64,000 bases of DNA from Octopus vulgaris (Eukaryota), in assembly GCA_951406725.2 (NCBI GenBank), contig OX597823.1:92318001-92382000 (forward strand). Direction: 5' to 3'. The position numbers and the translations under genes are program-made. The notes under the pieces were generated by a model. It saw nothing but the letters and a program-made list of their open reading frames with translations. It was not told where the DNA came from and made no database searches. Shown here in pieces: positions 13,725 to 28,949 of this stretch (positions are counted from its first letter, which is position 1; each line of letters begins with the position of its first letter).

Positions 13725-14345
13725 TTGGTTTCGTATTTTGACACAAGGCCAGTAATTTCGAAAGGAGGAGTAATTTGATTAAATCGACCCCACTGCTCAA
13801 CTGGCATTTATTTTATGGACCCTGAAAGGAGGAAAGGTAATGTCGGCCTCGGCGGAGTTTGAACTCGGAACGGAAATTCGGACGAAATGCCGTTAAGTTT
13901 TTTGTTCAACACGCTAGCGATTCTGTCAACTCGCTGTATTGATTTCAAATTCTGGCACAAGGCCAGCAATTTCGGGAGACAGTAAGTTGATTACATTGAC
14001 CCCAGTGTTCCACTGGTACTTATTTTATCGACTGCGAAAGGATGAAAAGGAAAGTCAACATTGACAGAAGTTGAACCCAGAACGCGAAGATCGACAAAAT
14101 ACCTATTTCTTTACTACCCACAAGGGGCTAAACACAGAGAGGAAAAACAAGGACAGACAAACGGATTAAGTCGATTATATCGACCCCAGTGAATAACTGG
14201 TCCTTAATTTATCGACCCCGAAAGGATGAAAGGCAAAGTCGTCCTCGGCGGAATTTGAACTCAGAACTTAGCGGCAAACTAAAGATTGACAAAATACTGC
14301 TAACCATTTCGCCCGGCGTGCTAACGATTCTGCCAGCTCGCTACT
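13725..14345 (-). mobile_element. SINE family A: monomer plus dimer
   Basis: Three family A cores; dimer junction at ~14097-14110. Confidence 0.85.
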
Positions 14346-15150
14346 TTAACTGTCATCGATACATTCCTGACATTTTTGTTCTGTTCCAAAGGGAGTTATA
14401 TGAGGTATCATCGATCAAATTTGAACCAGAGACGAAGGAAAAGTAACCAAAGGCCAACAAAGACATTATACATGAGCGTATATATGTTTATATGAACAAT
14501 AACACACACACTCTAATTATTAGTGGGAAATTCCTTTTAATTTTAGATACAAAAAGATTATTGTAACTTATATTGTACTTTAAGAATCAACGCTAACCAG
14601 TGGTGATTTCTCCGTAGATTAAACAAGTGAACCGTCGTAGTCGATTTTCAAATGTTATTGGAAACTCATTAGAGGAAACTACATCAATTCGATCTTTCCC
14701 AGGGATCCGGCATCCAATCTGTTTATATACTCAACAAATACAGGAGTTATAGAGAAGTGGTGCCACTAATTTGCATAAGGTTATCGTCAACACTTTACTT
14801 GAAATAAGAGGGTCTTGTCAACTGGGATCTCAGTCCTTACATTATCAGTTTATGTCATAATCAATGTAATCTCAGTATAAATTTAACTGTTTCCTCGGAG
14901 ACTGAAAAAAAGATCAATTACCTTAATTCATCGGAACAATCAGAACAGCGGTAATCCAAGCATTAACGTAACCATCGGATCAATGAATTAAACAAAATTA
15001 CCAGCTCTTGTTTATAGAAATCAGCAAACAGGTTTTGGGCTGATTCATTCTGATGTTTGCCAAACTGCTAATAATTCGTGGGATGCTTCCGGACCAACGA
15101 AAATCCCGGCAATAATGCTTCTATTTATTTTTAATATATTCTGGCAGAGT

Positions 15151-15955
15151 AAGGCAGCGAGCTGGCAGCGTCGTTAGCACGCCGGGCAAAATGCTTAGTG
15201 GTATTTCGTTTGCCGTTACGTTCTGAGTTCAAATTCCGCCGAGGTCGACTTTGCCTTTCATATTTTTGGGGTCGATTAAATAAGTACCAGTTGCGCACTG
15301 TGGTTGATGTAATCGACTTAATCCGTTTGCCTTTCCTTGTTTGTTCTCTCTGTGTTTAGCCGCTTGTGGGTAGTAAAGAAATAGGTATTTCGTCTGCTGT
15401 TATGTTCTGAGTTCAAATTCTGCCGAGGTCGAATTCGCCTTTCATCATATCGGGGTCGATTAAATAAGTACTATTTTCGCACTGAGTCGATGTAATCGAC
15501 TTAATCCCTTTGTCTGTCTTTGTTTGTCCCCTCTATGTTTAGCCCCTTGTGGGTAGTAAAGAAATAACTAATTTCTGGCAGATTTATCGTGCCGGGAAAA
15601 ATGCTTAGCGACATTTCGTCTGTCTTAACGTTAAGAGTTCAAGTTTCGCTCACGTTGACTTTGCCTTTCATCCTTTCTGGGTGGATAAAATAAGTACCAG
15701 TTACGCACAGGGGTCAATGTAGTCGACTTAACCCTTCCACCAATATTACTAGCGTTGTAAAAAATTTCAAATCAATTTATTCTGGCAGATTAAGACGGCG
15801 CACTGGAAGAATCCTTGGAATGCCGTGGAAAATATTAAGCGGCGCTCCGTCAGTCTTTATTTTCTGAATTCGAATTCGGCCGAGATCGATTTTGCCTTTT
15901 ATCCCTGCGGGGAGATAGAAATAGATTCCAGTTGAACAATGGGGTTGATGTAATT
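15151..15955 (+). mobile_element. SINE family A array (dimer plus two further units)
   Basis: Head AAGGCAGCGAGCTGGCAGCGTCGTTAGCACGCCGGG, B-box GAGTTCAAATTCC, junction GAAATAGGTATTTC at 15378-15391; central domain resembles the Meta/MESC SINE domain. Confidence 0.88.
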
Positions 15956-16034
15956 CGAACCGGAATATCTCATCTCTGTGCGTTTTCGTCATCGGAGAAT
16001 TTTTATAATTTCTAACTTAGTCAAATATCTAATA

Positions 16035-16225
16035 CATTCTATATTTAAGAGATGAGGAATTATGTACATTATTTACATTTGACGGATATTTGCCTTCGTC
16101 TTGTTTGCTGTTAACACATGGTTTCGGCTGATATACCCTCCAGCCTTCATCAGGTGACTTGGTAGTGTTTCGAACTTGGGTTCTCATCCCTAAGGCTTTT
16201 CTTTCGATGTTGTTATTATTATCGA
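16035..16225 (-). mobile_element. Penelope pLTR-like repeat with HHR (left copy of an inverted pair)
   Basis: Reverse-complement homologue at 20742-20890. Confidence 0.75.
16115..16156 (-). ncRNA. Minimal type I hammerhead motif, PLE type, with a mutated stem III/cleavage site
   Basis: CAC-CTGATGAA-GGCTG gagggtatat CAGCC-GAAA-CCAT-GTG. Confidence 0.7.
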
Positions 16226-16239
16226 TTCCAAGTAATGAC

Positions 16240-16320
<81 letters not shown>

Positions 16321-18082
16321 AAGAAGAAGAAAAAGAAGCTGCGCTACGAACAATGTTTACGTGCAGAGAATCCTAAACTGATAGATCCTTCTCTTAATGT
16401 AAGAGTCGAAGCCCGTCATGCTTCAATGTCAACAAAACAAACTACAAACCGCGATGGTCGGCGAGCGGATTACAAAAGACCACGTACCCGAAAATTGAAC
16501 CAAAGTCTGATTGAAAAATCATCTACTGGATCAAATCTTCCCGACACACAGGAGCTGGACGTACCCCACAACTGGAATATTCCAACAGATGGCCATCCAT
16601 GCTCGTCACCAAACACTCAAAAGAAAAAGAAGGAAAGATGGACTAGGGAAGATAATAAAGAAGTTCTTGTGGCCTTCTACCATGCCATATATTTCCCCAC
16701 AGATAAATCGAACACAATAAAACCTACATAAACTGGAGACAGAAGACCCTACATAGAAGCAAGACCCTACATAGACAGTAACAAACTTGCCAACGACAGA
16801 AGAAATATTATAAAAAAAATTACTGACTGAAGTAGAGATTGATAAAATTAGACAAGCAGTACAGATAGAATGAACGAAGCTGCAGCTAAAGAAGATAATA
16901 CAGAGGAAATAATTATAGACCAGCCCAGAGTTGATAAAAACGAAATAAGGATTGAAAGAGTTAGTATAAGTGATATGCAAAGTGAAATACTCCCTGAACC
17001 AAACATAAACACTAAGACAGATGAACATCAAATAGATGAAGAAAGTCACACAAATATTGACCCGACAGAACTGCATGAGCTAAAAAATCAAATTATGATT
17101 GAATGCCTGAAAATTAAAGAAACCAGTATGGATGAACGTGATACACTCCCTAAAATCCGCAACTCTAACCAAAACGTGAAAATAATTGGTAAAATCCGGC
17201 TTGCACTTAAGGATATAATTTCAGCTAATGATGTTGATATCACAGATCTCAACCACCTATACTATGCATCCGCGAAAATCTCAGCGATCCTATGTGGTAA
17301 AAAGATTAGAAAACAGCAACATTTCCACAAAAAGCCTCCTTGGCAAGAGCGTTTGCAACAACAAATTAAACTATTTAGATCTAACATTGAATATTTGAAA
17401 AACCTTAAGGTTCATATGACTACCAAACCTACAAAAACCCCAAAACTAATGAAAAAATATAATATGAAAACTATACTTGATATTGATGCCACCATAGAAA
17501 CCATCAAGCAAAAGGTATCTGCTAAAGCTGCCCGCATAGCGAGGTATTAAAAGCGTATTAGATTCTTCAGGGACAACAACATGTTCAAAAATAACCCCAA
17601 AATTTTTTACAGGAACATAGGAAAAACACCAGTTACCTTAAAGTCTGTACCATCAAAAGAAGAAGTGCAGGGATTTTGGAATAAAATTTGGGCAGAAGAA
17701 TAAACACACAGCGAAAAGGCCCTCTGGATTGATAGGATATCTAAAGAACTGGACTCCTTAGAAGAGCAAAAGTGGGAGGGTGTCAAGGTAGAAGATATAA
17801 GATCTGCTCTCACGAGGTCAAGCAAATGGAAGTCTCCAGGAAAGGATATAATCCCTAACTTCTTGTTGAATGCCTTCCCAGAGGGCCATGAACTGCTAAC
17901 AGAACTTTACAATGATGTTTTGCAACACCCTAGTAGGATGCCTCCTTGGCTAGTTAATGGCTTAACATTCCTGCTTCCAAAAAGTGAAGAAGCAAATGAA
18001 CCAAAAACTATAGACCCATAACCTGGTTAACAACTATGTATAAAACACTAACATCTGCCCTAACGGAATATACCTATAGTTT

Positions 18083-19201
18083 TTGACAGACAGCAGCATA
18101 TTCCCTAATGAACAGAAAGGATGTAAACCTGGATCCTACGGTTGTAAAGATCAACTACTCATTAATAAGATGATCTTAGAAGATTGTCACAAACGACACA
18201 AAAACTTATCAATAGCCTGGATAGACTATAAAAAGGCTTTTGATAGCCTACCACATAGCTGGATTAAGAAATGCCTAGAAATGTATAAGATAGCACCTAC
18301 ACTGCGAAACTTTTTGTCTGTAAGTATGAGATCATGGAGAACCACACTAACTTTGAACAGTGACAATGAATCTCTAAATGCTGGTGATGTAAAAACTTCA
18401 TGTGGCATTTTCCAGGGTGACTCACTATCACCACTCCTCTTCTGTTTAGCCTTAATACCTCTCTCAAAACTGCTCAATGACGCACAGTACGGATATAAAA
18501 TGTTTGATAAAAATATAAATCATCTCATTTACATGGATGATTTAAAGCTCTTTGCAAAAATTGACCAACAACTCAAGGGCATACTAGCGATTGTCAAACA
18601 ATTCAGTGATGACATCAGAATGCAATTTGGCCTCGATAGGTGTACAAAAGCTACCTTTATCAAAAGAAAAATGACAGAAACATCTAACGTTAACCTTGAC
18701 CAGCAGAATGTCATAAAAGAATTAGACCCAGCGGAGAACTACAAGTATCTAGGGGTAATTGAAGGAGACGGAATAAGGTATTCAGTGATGAAGGAAAGGG
18801 TCAGGAGAGAATGTTATCGAAGAGTAAGAGCAATACTCATGACAGAGCTGAATGCGAGAAACAGGATCGAAGCGATCAATGCATTAGCCATACCAGTCGT
18901 GACTTATAGTTTCAATATCGTTAACTGGTCAATTACTGAAATATGTAATCTTGACAGAAAAATAAGAAAACTGTTGACAATGCATAGAATGCACCACCCT
19001 AAGGCAGATACAGAACGACTTTATCTGCCAAGAAAAGAGGGAGGCCGTGGACTTTTACAACTGGCAATAACAATGAAGATTGCTACAATTCGCCTAGACA
19101 CCTACCTGAAAAACTCTGAGGACTGGATGTTAAAACTTGTCTCAAAACATGAAAACAAGAAAGCATCATACTCAGTAATAAACAGGCAAATGAATATCTA
19201 A
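18083..19201 (+). pseudogene. Reverse transcriptase segment of the R4/Dong element
   Basis: [58 protein letters not shown]. Confidence 0.95.
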
Positions 19202-19309
19202 GTGAATTCCGAATAGAACAAATTTCGGAATTAGAGATAGACATACAAGAAACAGGCACAGAAAAAGTTAAGCGCATGAAAACCCGTGCTAAATCTGCGG
19301 CCTTAGATA

Positions 19310-20044
19310 TTGATAAATGATAAATGGCAAGAAAAACCTCTCTATGGCAAATACTCAAAGAGAGCGAATAATGCAGATGTTGACAAAGCCCTGACCCATC
19401 AATGGCTAATGGCCTCTGGCTTAAAATCTGAAACAGAAGGGTTTATCATAGCAGCTCACGATCAATGCCTACCAACGAGAAACTACCAGGCCAACATATT
19501 AAAGATCGGCAGTAGACCAACGTGTCGTGTATGCCAGCAACAAAATCAAACCATTGATCATGTGGTCTCCAAGTGCAGTCTTCTAGCGCCTACAGAGTAT
19601 CTCAACAGGCATGATAGAGCTGCACAATATATTCACTGGGTAATCTGCAAAAACCTGGATTTGCCCCATGAAAAAAACTGGTGGGAACACAAACCACCCC
19701 CAGTGCTTGAAAATGACCACATCTCACTCCTCTGGAACTTCACCATTCAAACTGACAGAAAGATAGATGCAAATAAGCCAGACATCATATTGAAAGACTT
19801 CAAACAAAGAACATGCCTCCTCATTGATATGACTGTCCCAATCGATATAAACGTATCTGTCAAAACCTACCAAAAACTGAGCAAATATAAAGATCTTGAA
19901 ATAGAAATCAGTAAAATGTGTAAGCTGAAGACTAAAACAATACCTGTTGTCATAGGTGCCCTGGGAATGATAGCAAAAGGGGCTGATTTCTACCTAACTC
20001 AGATACCAGTAAACCCCAAAATGGCAGAAATACTTTCTATGTAA
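19310..20044 (+). pseudogene. CCHC zinc knuckle plus restriction-like endonuclease segment
   Basis: CRVC-x8-H-x4-C, RHD, KPDIILKD, IDMTVP, KLSKYKDL, IPVVIGALG; the terminal TAHIL motif seen at 36950 appears deleted. Confidence 0.93.
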
Positions 20045-20194
20045 TCTCAAGGTTTAAAACAAACATTATTTTTTAGACATCCACTAGTACAACACAAAAA
20101 ACAACAAAATATATGGCACACTAGGCATAACAACAACGTGAACTTCCAACCTGTTGTCTCTTGAGGTCTCTGAGTGAGACTTGGATCCAATTTA

Positions 20195-20585
20195 TCTTTA
20201 TATATAAAAGTGAAGTTGTGTGTCTGTCTCCTACGATTTATATTCCTAACTACTCCCACATTTTGCGGTGCAGTTTAACCAAAACCGGGTATCTTATAGT
20301 CGTGATTCATATCGAGCCCTTCTAGGTATTAGCGCACGTCTACGATGAGTCTACGATTAAAAAAAAAATACCATCATTTTTCACCATTTCAATGTATTTT
20401 TTGCTATTATATAAGGGAAGTAACTCTCTAGAAATGTATTATTAAATCTCAGAACGTAAAAAGCTACAGTAACACCCCCCTTTGTGGTTAGCCATATTGA
20501 GATGGCTATTATACGTTACATCTCTAAATATGCTTATATAGTTATTTCCCTTAGAAACCCGAGCAACGCCGGGCGATACTGCTAG
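20195..20585 (+). mobile_element. Non-autonomous Helitron (391 bp) inserted in the Dong 3' UTR
   Basis: 5' TC, 3' CTAG, subterminal hairpin CCCGAGCaacGCCGGG (20558-20573), inserted between A and T with no TSD; empty-site equivalent at ~37131-37174. Confidence 0.88.
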
Positions 20586-20610
20586 TGCAAATATAAAGCA
20601 AAAGTCAAAC

Positions 20611-20704
<94 letters not shown>

Positions 20705-20741
20705 AACAACAACAACAACAACAACAAGAATAACAACAACA

Positions 20742-20890
20742 ATTCGAAAAATACCTTAGGAATGAGAACCCAGGTTCGAAATTTCCCCCAAAAAACTTGA
20801 AGGTTGGAGGGTATATCAGCCGAAACTTTGTGTTAACAAGATACATTTGTTAAGACAAATACCCGTAAAATGTAAATAATGTAAATAATG
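20742..20890 (+). mobile_element. Penelope pLTR-like repeat (right copy of the inverted pair) with decayed HHR
   Basis: CCTTAGGAATGAGAACCCAGGTTCGAAA...TGAAGGTTGGAGGGTATATCAGCCGAAACTTTGTG. Confidence 0.72.
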
Positions 20891-21765
20891 TGGATAATAT
20901 CTTTTGAAAGCCGGGACCAAATCGATTATATTGACTTTAGCACTTCGCAGATGGAACCAGGCGTTGACATCAGTATGATTTGAAATCTGCGCGAAAAGAG
21001 ATGAAACAAATATTGTAAAATAATTTTGTCCGAGGTTCCAACGATTCCGGCACTCCACACTCATAATGTTGTCTCAAACGTGTTAATTTGGTAACATCTA
21101 ACATCATACATGACTTTTTAGTAAACTGTAGTAACCCTTTCTACTACGATAGGAAGAGGGCCCGAAATTTGAAGGGAAAGTTATGTCGGTCCCATTAATC
21201 CCACTGACATATGAAAAGATGAAAGGCGAAATCGAGCCGAGTGGTATTTGAACTAAGAACTTACAAACGGACGAAAAGCCACTTTATTAGGAATGTGCCA
21301 TAATGAAACAAAATATTGCTTCAATAATACCTTTTTATAGGTGCCGCGGAAGTGAAAAGATGAAGGGATTTTATTGTTACTCGAACTCACATCAGAAACA
21401 ACCGCAATAAATATGAGTTGGCATTTTGTTCTAACAATCTAATACTTTTGCCGATCCACTAAGCTCCGTTTATATAACAAAAATAAAATAACAAATGCAA
21501 CAGTAACGAAAACCAAAAAAATTGGCAGCAAATTATAAAAATATGTCTTCTTATAGACTAATTCACCTCTTATATTGCTACAAAACACGCAATAAATACA
21601 ATGATATAAAACTAATATTATATAAAACATCAAAACCAAAACATAATTGAAAAAATATATATGTAATGCTAAGTAATATTTTTCTCTGGTCTCTCTCCAA
21701 GATTCCTGCATCAAAACAAGAGCGAATCTAAATGAATATTGTGTAATACATTGTTTTATGAAGGG

Positions 21766-22960
<1,195 letters not shown>

Positions 22961-23410
22961 TCGTATTATATTATATTGCAGAGACAGTGACATAGATCGT
23001 AAACAGTTGCACACATGGTTAGAAAAAATAATAGCATGGTAGCATGCCGTGATTCAGAACAACAGACGTACAAAAACCGCGCATATACAGAGACATCCAC
23101 TTACACATACTACCAATGTTGGACCGTTTATATAGACATAGTTATTATGCATAATAAAAAATTAAATGGAAAAGGTTGTAAAATAACTTATATTTCTACA
23201 TGTACATTTTCTTATAATGGTAACCACAAGACATTATTTTTGATCAATTACCCTCAATATAAAAGACTTGCGGAAATGGAGGAGAAAAGGGCAGAGATGG
23301 GGCAAGTGGAAGGTTTTAGGAGGGATGTTAAAATCTGGAATAGTGATTTTATCAGTAAGAGAAAATCAATACAATGAAGCAATAAACTATTGATCTGCTT
23401 TCATTTGCAT

Positions 23411-24118
<708 letters not shown>

Positions 24119-24433
24119 CTAACTAGCTAACTAGCCATCTATCTTCTCTCATTTCCTACGCTGTTGTCACTCCTCTATGTACACACACACACTCATGCAC
24201 AAAAACACTGAGGCACACACACTTACGCGCACACAGACATACATATATAAAATATAATATATAATGTATTGAGATACTAGGGACATACCATAATGTCAGA
24301 AAAACTCTGAGGACTTTTTTTTCTAGTATATATATCCAGTGAAGTTTTACTATAGCGTGGTATATTATCGTGTTCTATTTCCAGTAAATATTGATACATT
24401 GTTGTACCACTATCCTATACATAAATGCATACA

Positions 24434-24465
<32 letters not shown>

Positions 24466-24564
24466 CATATACATATACATATATATATATATGCATATAC
24501 ATAAATTTTAACAGAATGAGACAAAAATCCCAGCCTGTGAAAGATTTCAGAACATTTATAAAGA

Positions 24565-24612
24565 GGTTTTACAGCTGTTTCCGGAATATTTTACATATCC
24601 CTTCACCGGATT
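24565..24612 (-). ncRNA. Degenerate hammerhead-like motif
   Basis: CCGGTGAAG-GGATAT gtaaa ATATTCC-G-GAAA-CAGCTG-TA; palindromic stem III ACAGCTGT. Confidence 0.45.
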
Positions 24613-24834
24613 CGGGGTGAAAAAAAGGTGAAGCAATAGTTATTCTAGATAAGGTATGAAATAGAGAGTGAAGTGGTGGAATGAAAATAGACGTGACATA
24701 TGCAGGGATATTGAATATGCAGTTCCATTATTTAGGCAGAATGGTATACATATACACACATACATATACACTCACAGACACAGACACAGACGCACACACA
24801 CTTATATATATATATATAATATATATGATATATG

Positions 24835-24924
<90 letters not shown>

Positions 24925-25211
24925 CATATATGTGTGTGTGTATTTATATATTTATGTATGCATATACGTATCTATATATTTATGATACACATATTAACTT
25001 ATATGTTCATGTGTGTATGTGTGTCTTTCTGTGATGATATTGGTATTTTTGATGAGGAAACCTTGACAATTATTGACAAGAAAACAGTTAAATAATAATG
25101 GTATACAAGAACCCTACCCACTCAAAATAAAAAAAATAAACAATGAATATAAAAATACAAGAAATAACATCTATTTTCGCCCCCAATACCGATCATTACA
25201 TTCCTAATAAT

Positions 25212-25212
<1 letters not shown>

Positions 25213-25276
<64 letters not shown>

Positions 25277-25335
25277 TGATAATAATAATAATAATAATGA
25301 TTATAATAAAAATAATAATAATAATAATGATAATT
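25213..25335. repeat. (AAT)n microsatellite
   Basis: Direct repeat run. Confidence 0.95.
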
Positions 25336-25945
25336 AAAATGACAATAATAATATTTTATTAATAGTAATATTATCATTAACATCATTATTATTATTGTTG
25401 TAGTTGCTATTATGTTTTTACTCATATACTTATATTTTTATTGTTAATATTTTCCACTTCGATTTTCAGAAACCAAATAATATTGTTAACGCATTTTTTT
25501 TTTATTTATATATACATACATACATACATACATACATACATACACACAACAAACATACACAATATATATATTGTTGGTCTGAAATTTCATTTGTCGATAT
25601 TGAATATGTATTTATTCATCTGTTTTGTTTTGAAATACATCTTTGTGAAATATTATTCGCTTGTATATTTAGTGCTTTCTTAATCATCTTCTGTACATCA
25701 TTATGGCATTATTGACACATCGAGTCAATAACAGGAAAAGCGAGATATCGAGAGAGATGGCGAGAAGAACGTAACTGCGTGTGTGTGTGACTCTGTGTAC
25801 ACATTAATATACATATATTTATAAATAGATACGTACATATATATGTATATATACATGCGTACATACATATATATATATGTGTGTGTGTGTGTGTATACAG
25901 AAATAGATCTAGGTATATATAAATTAATGTGTACATATATATATT

Positions 25946-26007
<62 letters not shown>

Positions 26008-27518
26008 CAAACACACACATACATATATATATATGTGTGTGTGTGTACATATAAAAACAAGTTTAAAATAATGGTTTTTACGAATAATTCCTTTATTAGA
26101 GCAAATGTGGCTTACAGTTGTTTCCAGTAAACATTATAGTTGCATTACTGATAGGTTTACTCAAATGCTCTATTGATCACTTGAGGTAAATTGAACGATC
26201 TAAGAAAATTAATGCTGCTTTCGTCAAAGACACTGCTGGTTTCAAGAAGCAGATCATAGGAAGAATGGCTATTGTGGGTGGAATGTAAGAGGAAATATGG
26301 GTAAGTTCAATTAGAATAAAAAACAGGGGATGACAGGTTGTAAACACACACACACACATATGCACACAACGAGTGTCTTTCAGTTCGTATCTACCGAAAT
26401 CACTCTCAAGTCATTTGTTGTTCCGGAGATATAGCAGAAAACACACTATCAAATTGCCGCCCAGTTGCACTGAATCCGATGGTACATGGTAGCAATACGA
26501 GCGCTTAACTGTACAGCCTGATTGTGATGAAATTTTAATGTAAATAACATTACGGGCGATGATTTTTTTTTATTTTTGAGATATATGTAGATATGTTGGT
26601 CGTGTAAACCCTATTAATGTTATTACTGTTGATGTATCATTTATCACAGATTTTTCCTGACCGAACAGACTTATAATCAAACCAGTTTGAGCATTTGACA
26701 TCCCTTTTCTGTTGTCAGGTACAGTACTTCGTTATCCGGGATCTCAACTGATTTATTATCGTTTGCAGTTCCGTGTGTATGACCGAATGCGCTTCTGCGT
26801 TTGTGCATAGTTATATAACGAGAAATATTGCTAACAGTAGAGTGGCGACGATGGCTGAGGCGAACGAGAGAGATATGACAAAATGTTTGATTTTTTTTCT
26901 AATTTTCAACCAAAGTAATTAGATGTCCAGCTGATTAACCTAATCAGTTTAGAGTGGAATGTTAATGAAAACATCAGTCATCTGTTTCACTGATTAGTGT
27001 TATTGGCTCTACTAATTGACTCTGAGAAAGTTGAAACAGGCAAATAAATTGATATGTTGGCCCTATATACACCTAAGGGAATGTACAGTAACAATTTTCG
27101 ACACGTTTACGCTCATGCAACCCTCTGATAATTATCGCTGCTTGATGTCACGTATGAGACCTCACATTAAATACGTAACCCTAATCTCTATCTTAACCCT
27201 CTTCAATCTTGCTCCTTCGTTACATTTTGTCTTCAGGGGTCAACCGACATTATTTACATCAGAATATGAACTGCATCAGAATTCTCTGTCAGCGGTGGGG
27301 GACTGCAAATCATGATATGAAACTAATATCGGAATTTAATTCGTGGATGCTACAAGGAAAGTTTGTCGACTGGTTACATCATTGGTTCCCAATATTTTCA
27401 TAATAGCTCCCAGGAGTGGATCCCAAACCGTTTATTTAAATAAAATTTCCTACAGCCCAATTTAAATATGCTTAACATTATATTTACATACATAATACAT
27501 ACTATATATATACATACA

Positions 27519-27592
<74 letters not shown>

Positions 27593-27614
27593 AATATATA
27601 TATATATACATAAA

Positions 27615-27650
<36 letters not shown>

Positions 27651-27657
27651 TATATAT

Positions 27658-27789
27658 TATGTGACAATTAGTCGGTTGCCATAATAAAACTCAGAGTATC
27701 GGATGTCGGGGCGGAATTCTGCTTCGGCATCTCCGCATCGACATCTGAAACTCTGAGTTTTACTATGCCAACCGACTAATTATCACATA
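27658..27789. mobile_element. ~130-bp near-perfect hairpin (MITE-like, TA-flanked)
   Basis: 27658-27715 pairs with 27732-27789; the loop contains TGC-TTCG-GCA. Confidence 0.8.
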
Positions 27790-27872
27790 TCATAGTATAG
27801 ATAAATTCCTCTATTTGCATAATTTCGAGATCTCATTCATTCTTTTGTTGTCATATTATTATTATTATTATC

Positions 27873-27927
<55 letters not shown>

Positions 27928-27929
27928 TC

Positions 27930-27986
<57 letters not shown>

Positions 27987-28949
27987 TATATATATATGAA
28001 ATTTTGAATTTAGGTCAGGGCCCCCCAGTACTACCTTTGCGACCCCAGGGTGAGAAATAGGGGAACAGTATTTCATTAAATACAAGTAGATTTTAAAGCT
28101 TATTTCTACAGATTTTCTATAGAATACGGGGCCAGTACTGAAGCTTACGTTTCGTATTCTATTACGTTTATGTACACAAACGATCGAAAATATAAAAATA
28201 GTTAATGGATGTTTATGCTTATTTCAAGAGTTATTGCACTTTTATCAGTACTAAATATAATCCGTTAACTTTCCACGAACCCATTGCTTGAATGGCCACT
28301 ACATTTAGCGATTTAAATCTATTGGATACACCAAGTTGCATATTACACACATTCTTGGAAGATGGTAGGTAAATAAATGATTTATATCTAATTAAATCTG
28401 TTTATAAAATCTATACATCCTTCTCTAAAAACAAATAAACAAGGTAGTAATTAAAGGACAACCATAATCGCCGATTATGTGTGAAGACCACTTAATTAAT
28501 GACTCTGTTATGCTGGCAATGAAGTTACCAAGGAGTGAGATAACCTGGAAAAGTCTACTCCATGCAACTCATCGACGTAAAATTTCTGTACTTCAGATGT
28601 ATTCTGAAAATAGAATTTCGTACGATGAATATTGTTTGTGATAAAGTTTCATGTTATGAACTGGGGGAAAATTTGCCCTAGCATAACACTTGAGTAACAT
28701 AAATTTATCTTTTAACAAATGGTTTCCGGTGTTTTGGTAATGATGCCAATACGGCTACTAATGTAACCTCCTTTAAGCTTATAACGCTTACACCTTATCA
28801 CCTTTCGAAGTTTAAACGTTTACAATAAACGAACACGCTACAACTATTAAAATGTATCGAAGAAAGTTCACAATGTAACTGTAGGAAGATGGTAGGTAAA
28901 TATACAAATTGTATAATACTGAGTGTTGGGATAATTTCGTCTTTTATCG

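Larger units (their letters stand above)
16338..20612 (+). mobile_element. Near full-length R4/Dong-clade RLE non-LTR retrotransposon, disrupted
   Basis: One ancestral ORF split by stops and frameshifts: N-terminal KERWTREDNKEVLVAFY, RT, CCHC knuckle and RLE; (AAT)n(AAG)n on both flanks. Confidence 0.93.

Noticed and set aside
14560-15110. Possible decayed LINE RT words
   Set aside because: No convincing motif series
23015-23377. 120-aa non-repetitive ORF
   Set aside because: No recognisable motif or splice support; within chance expectation
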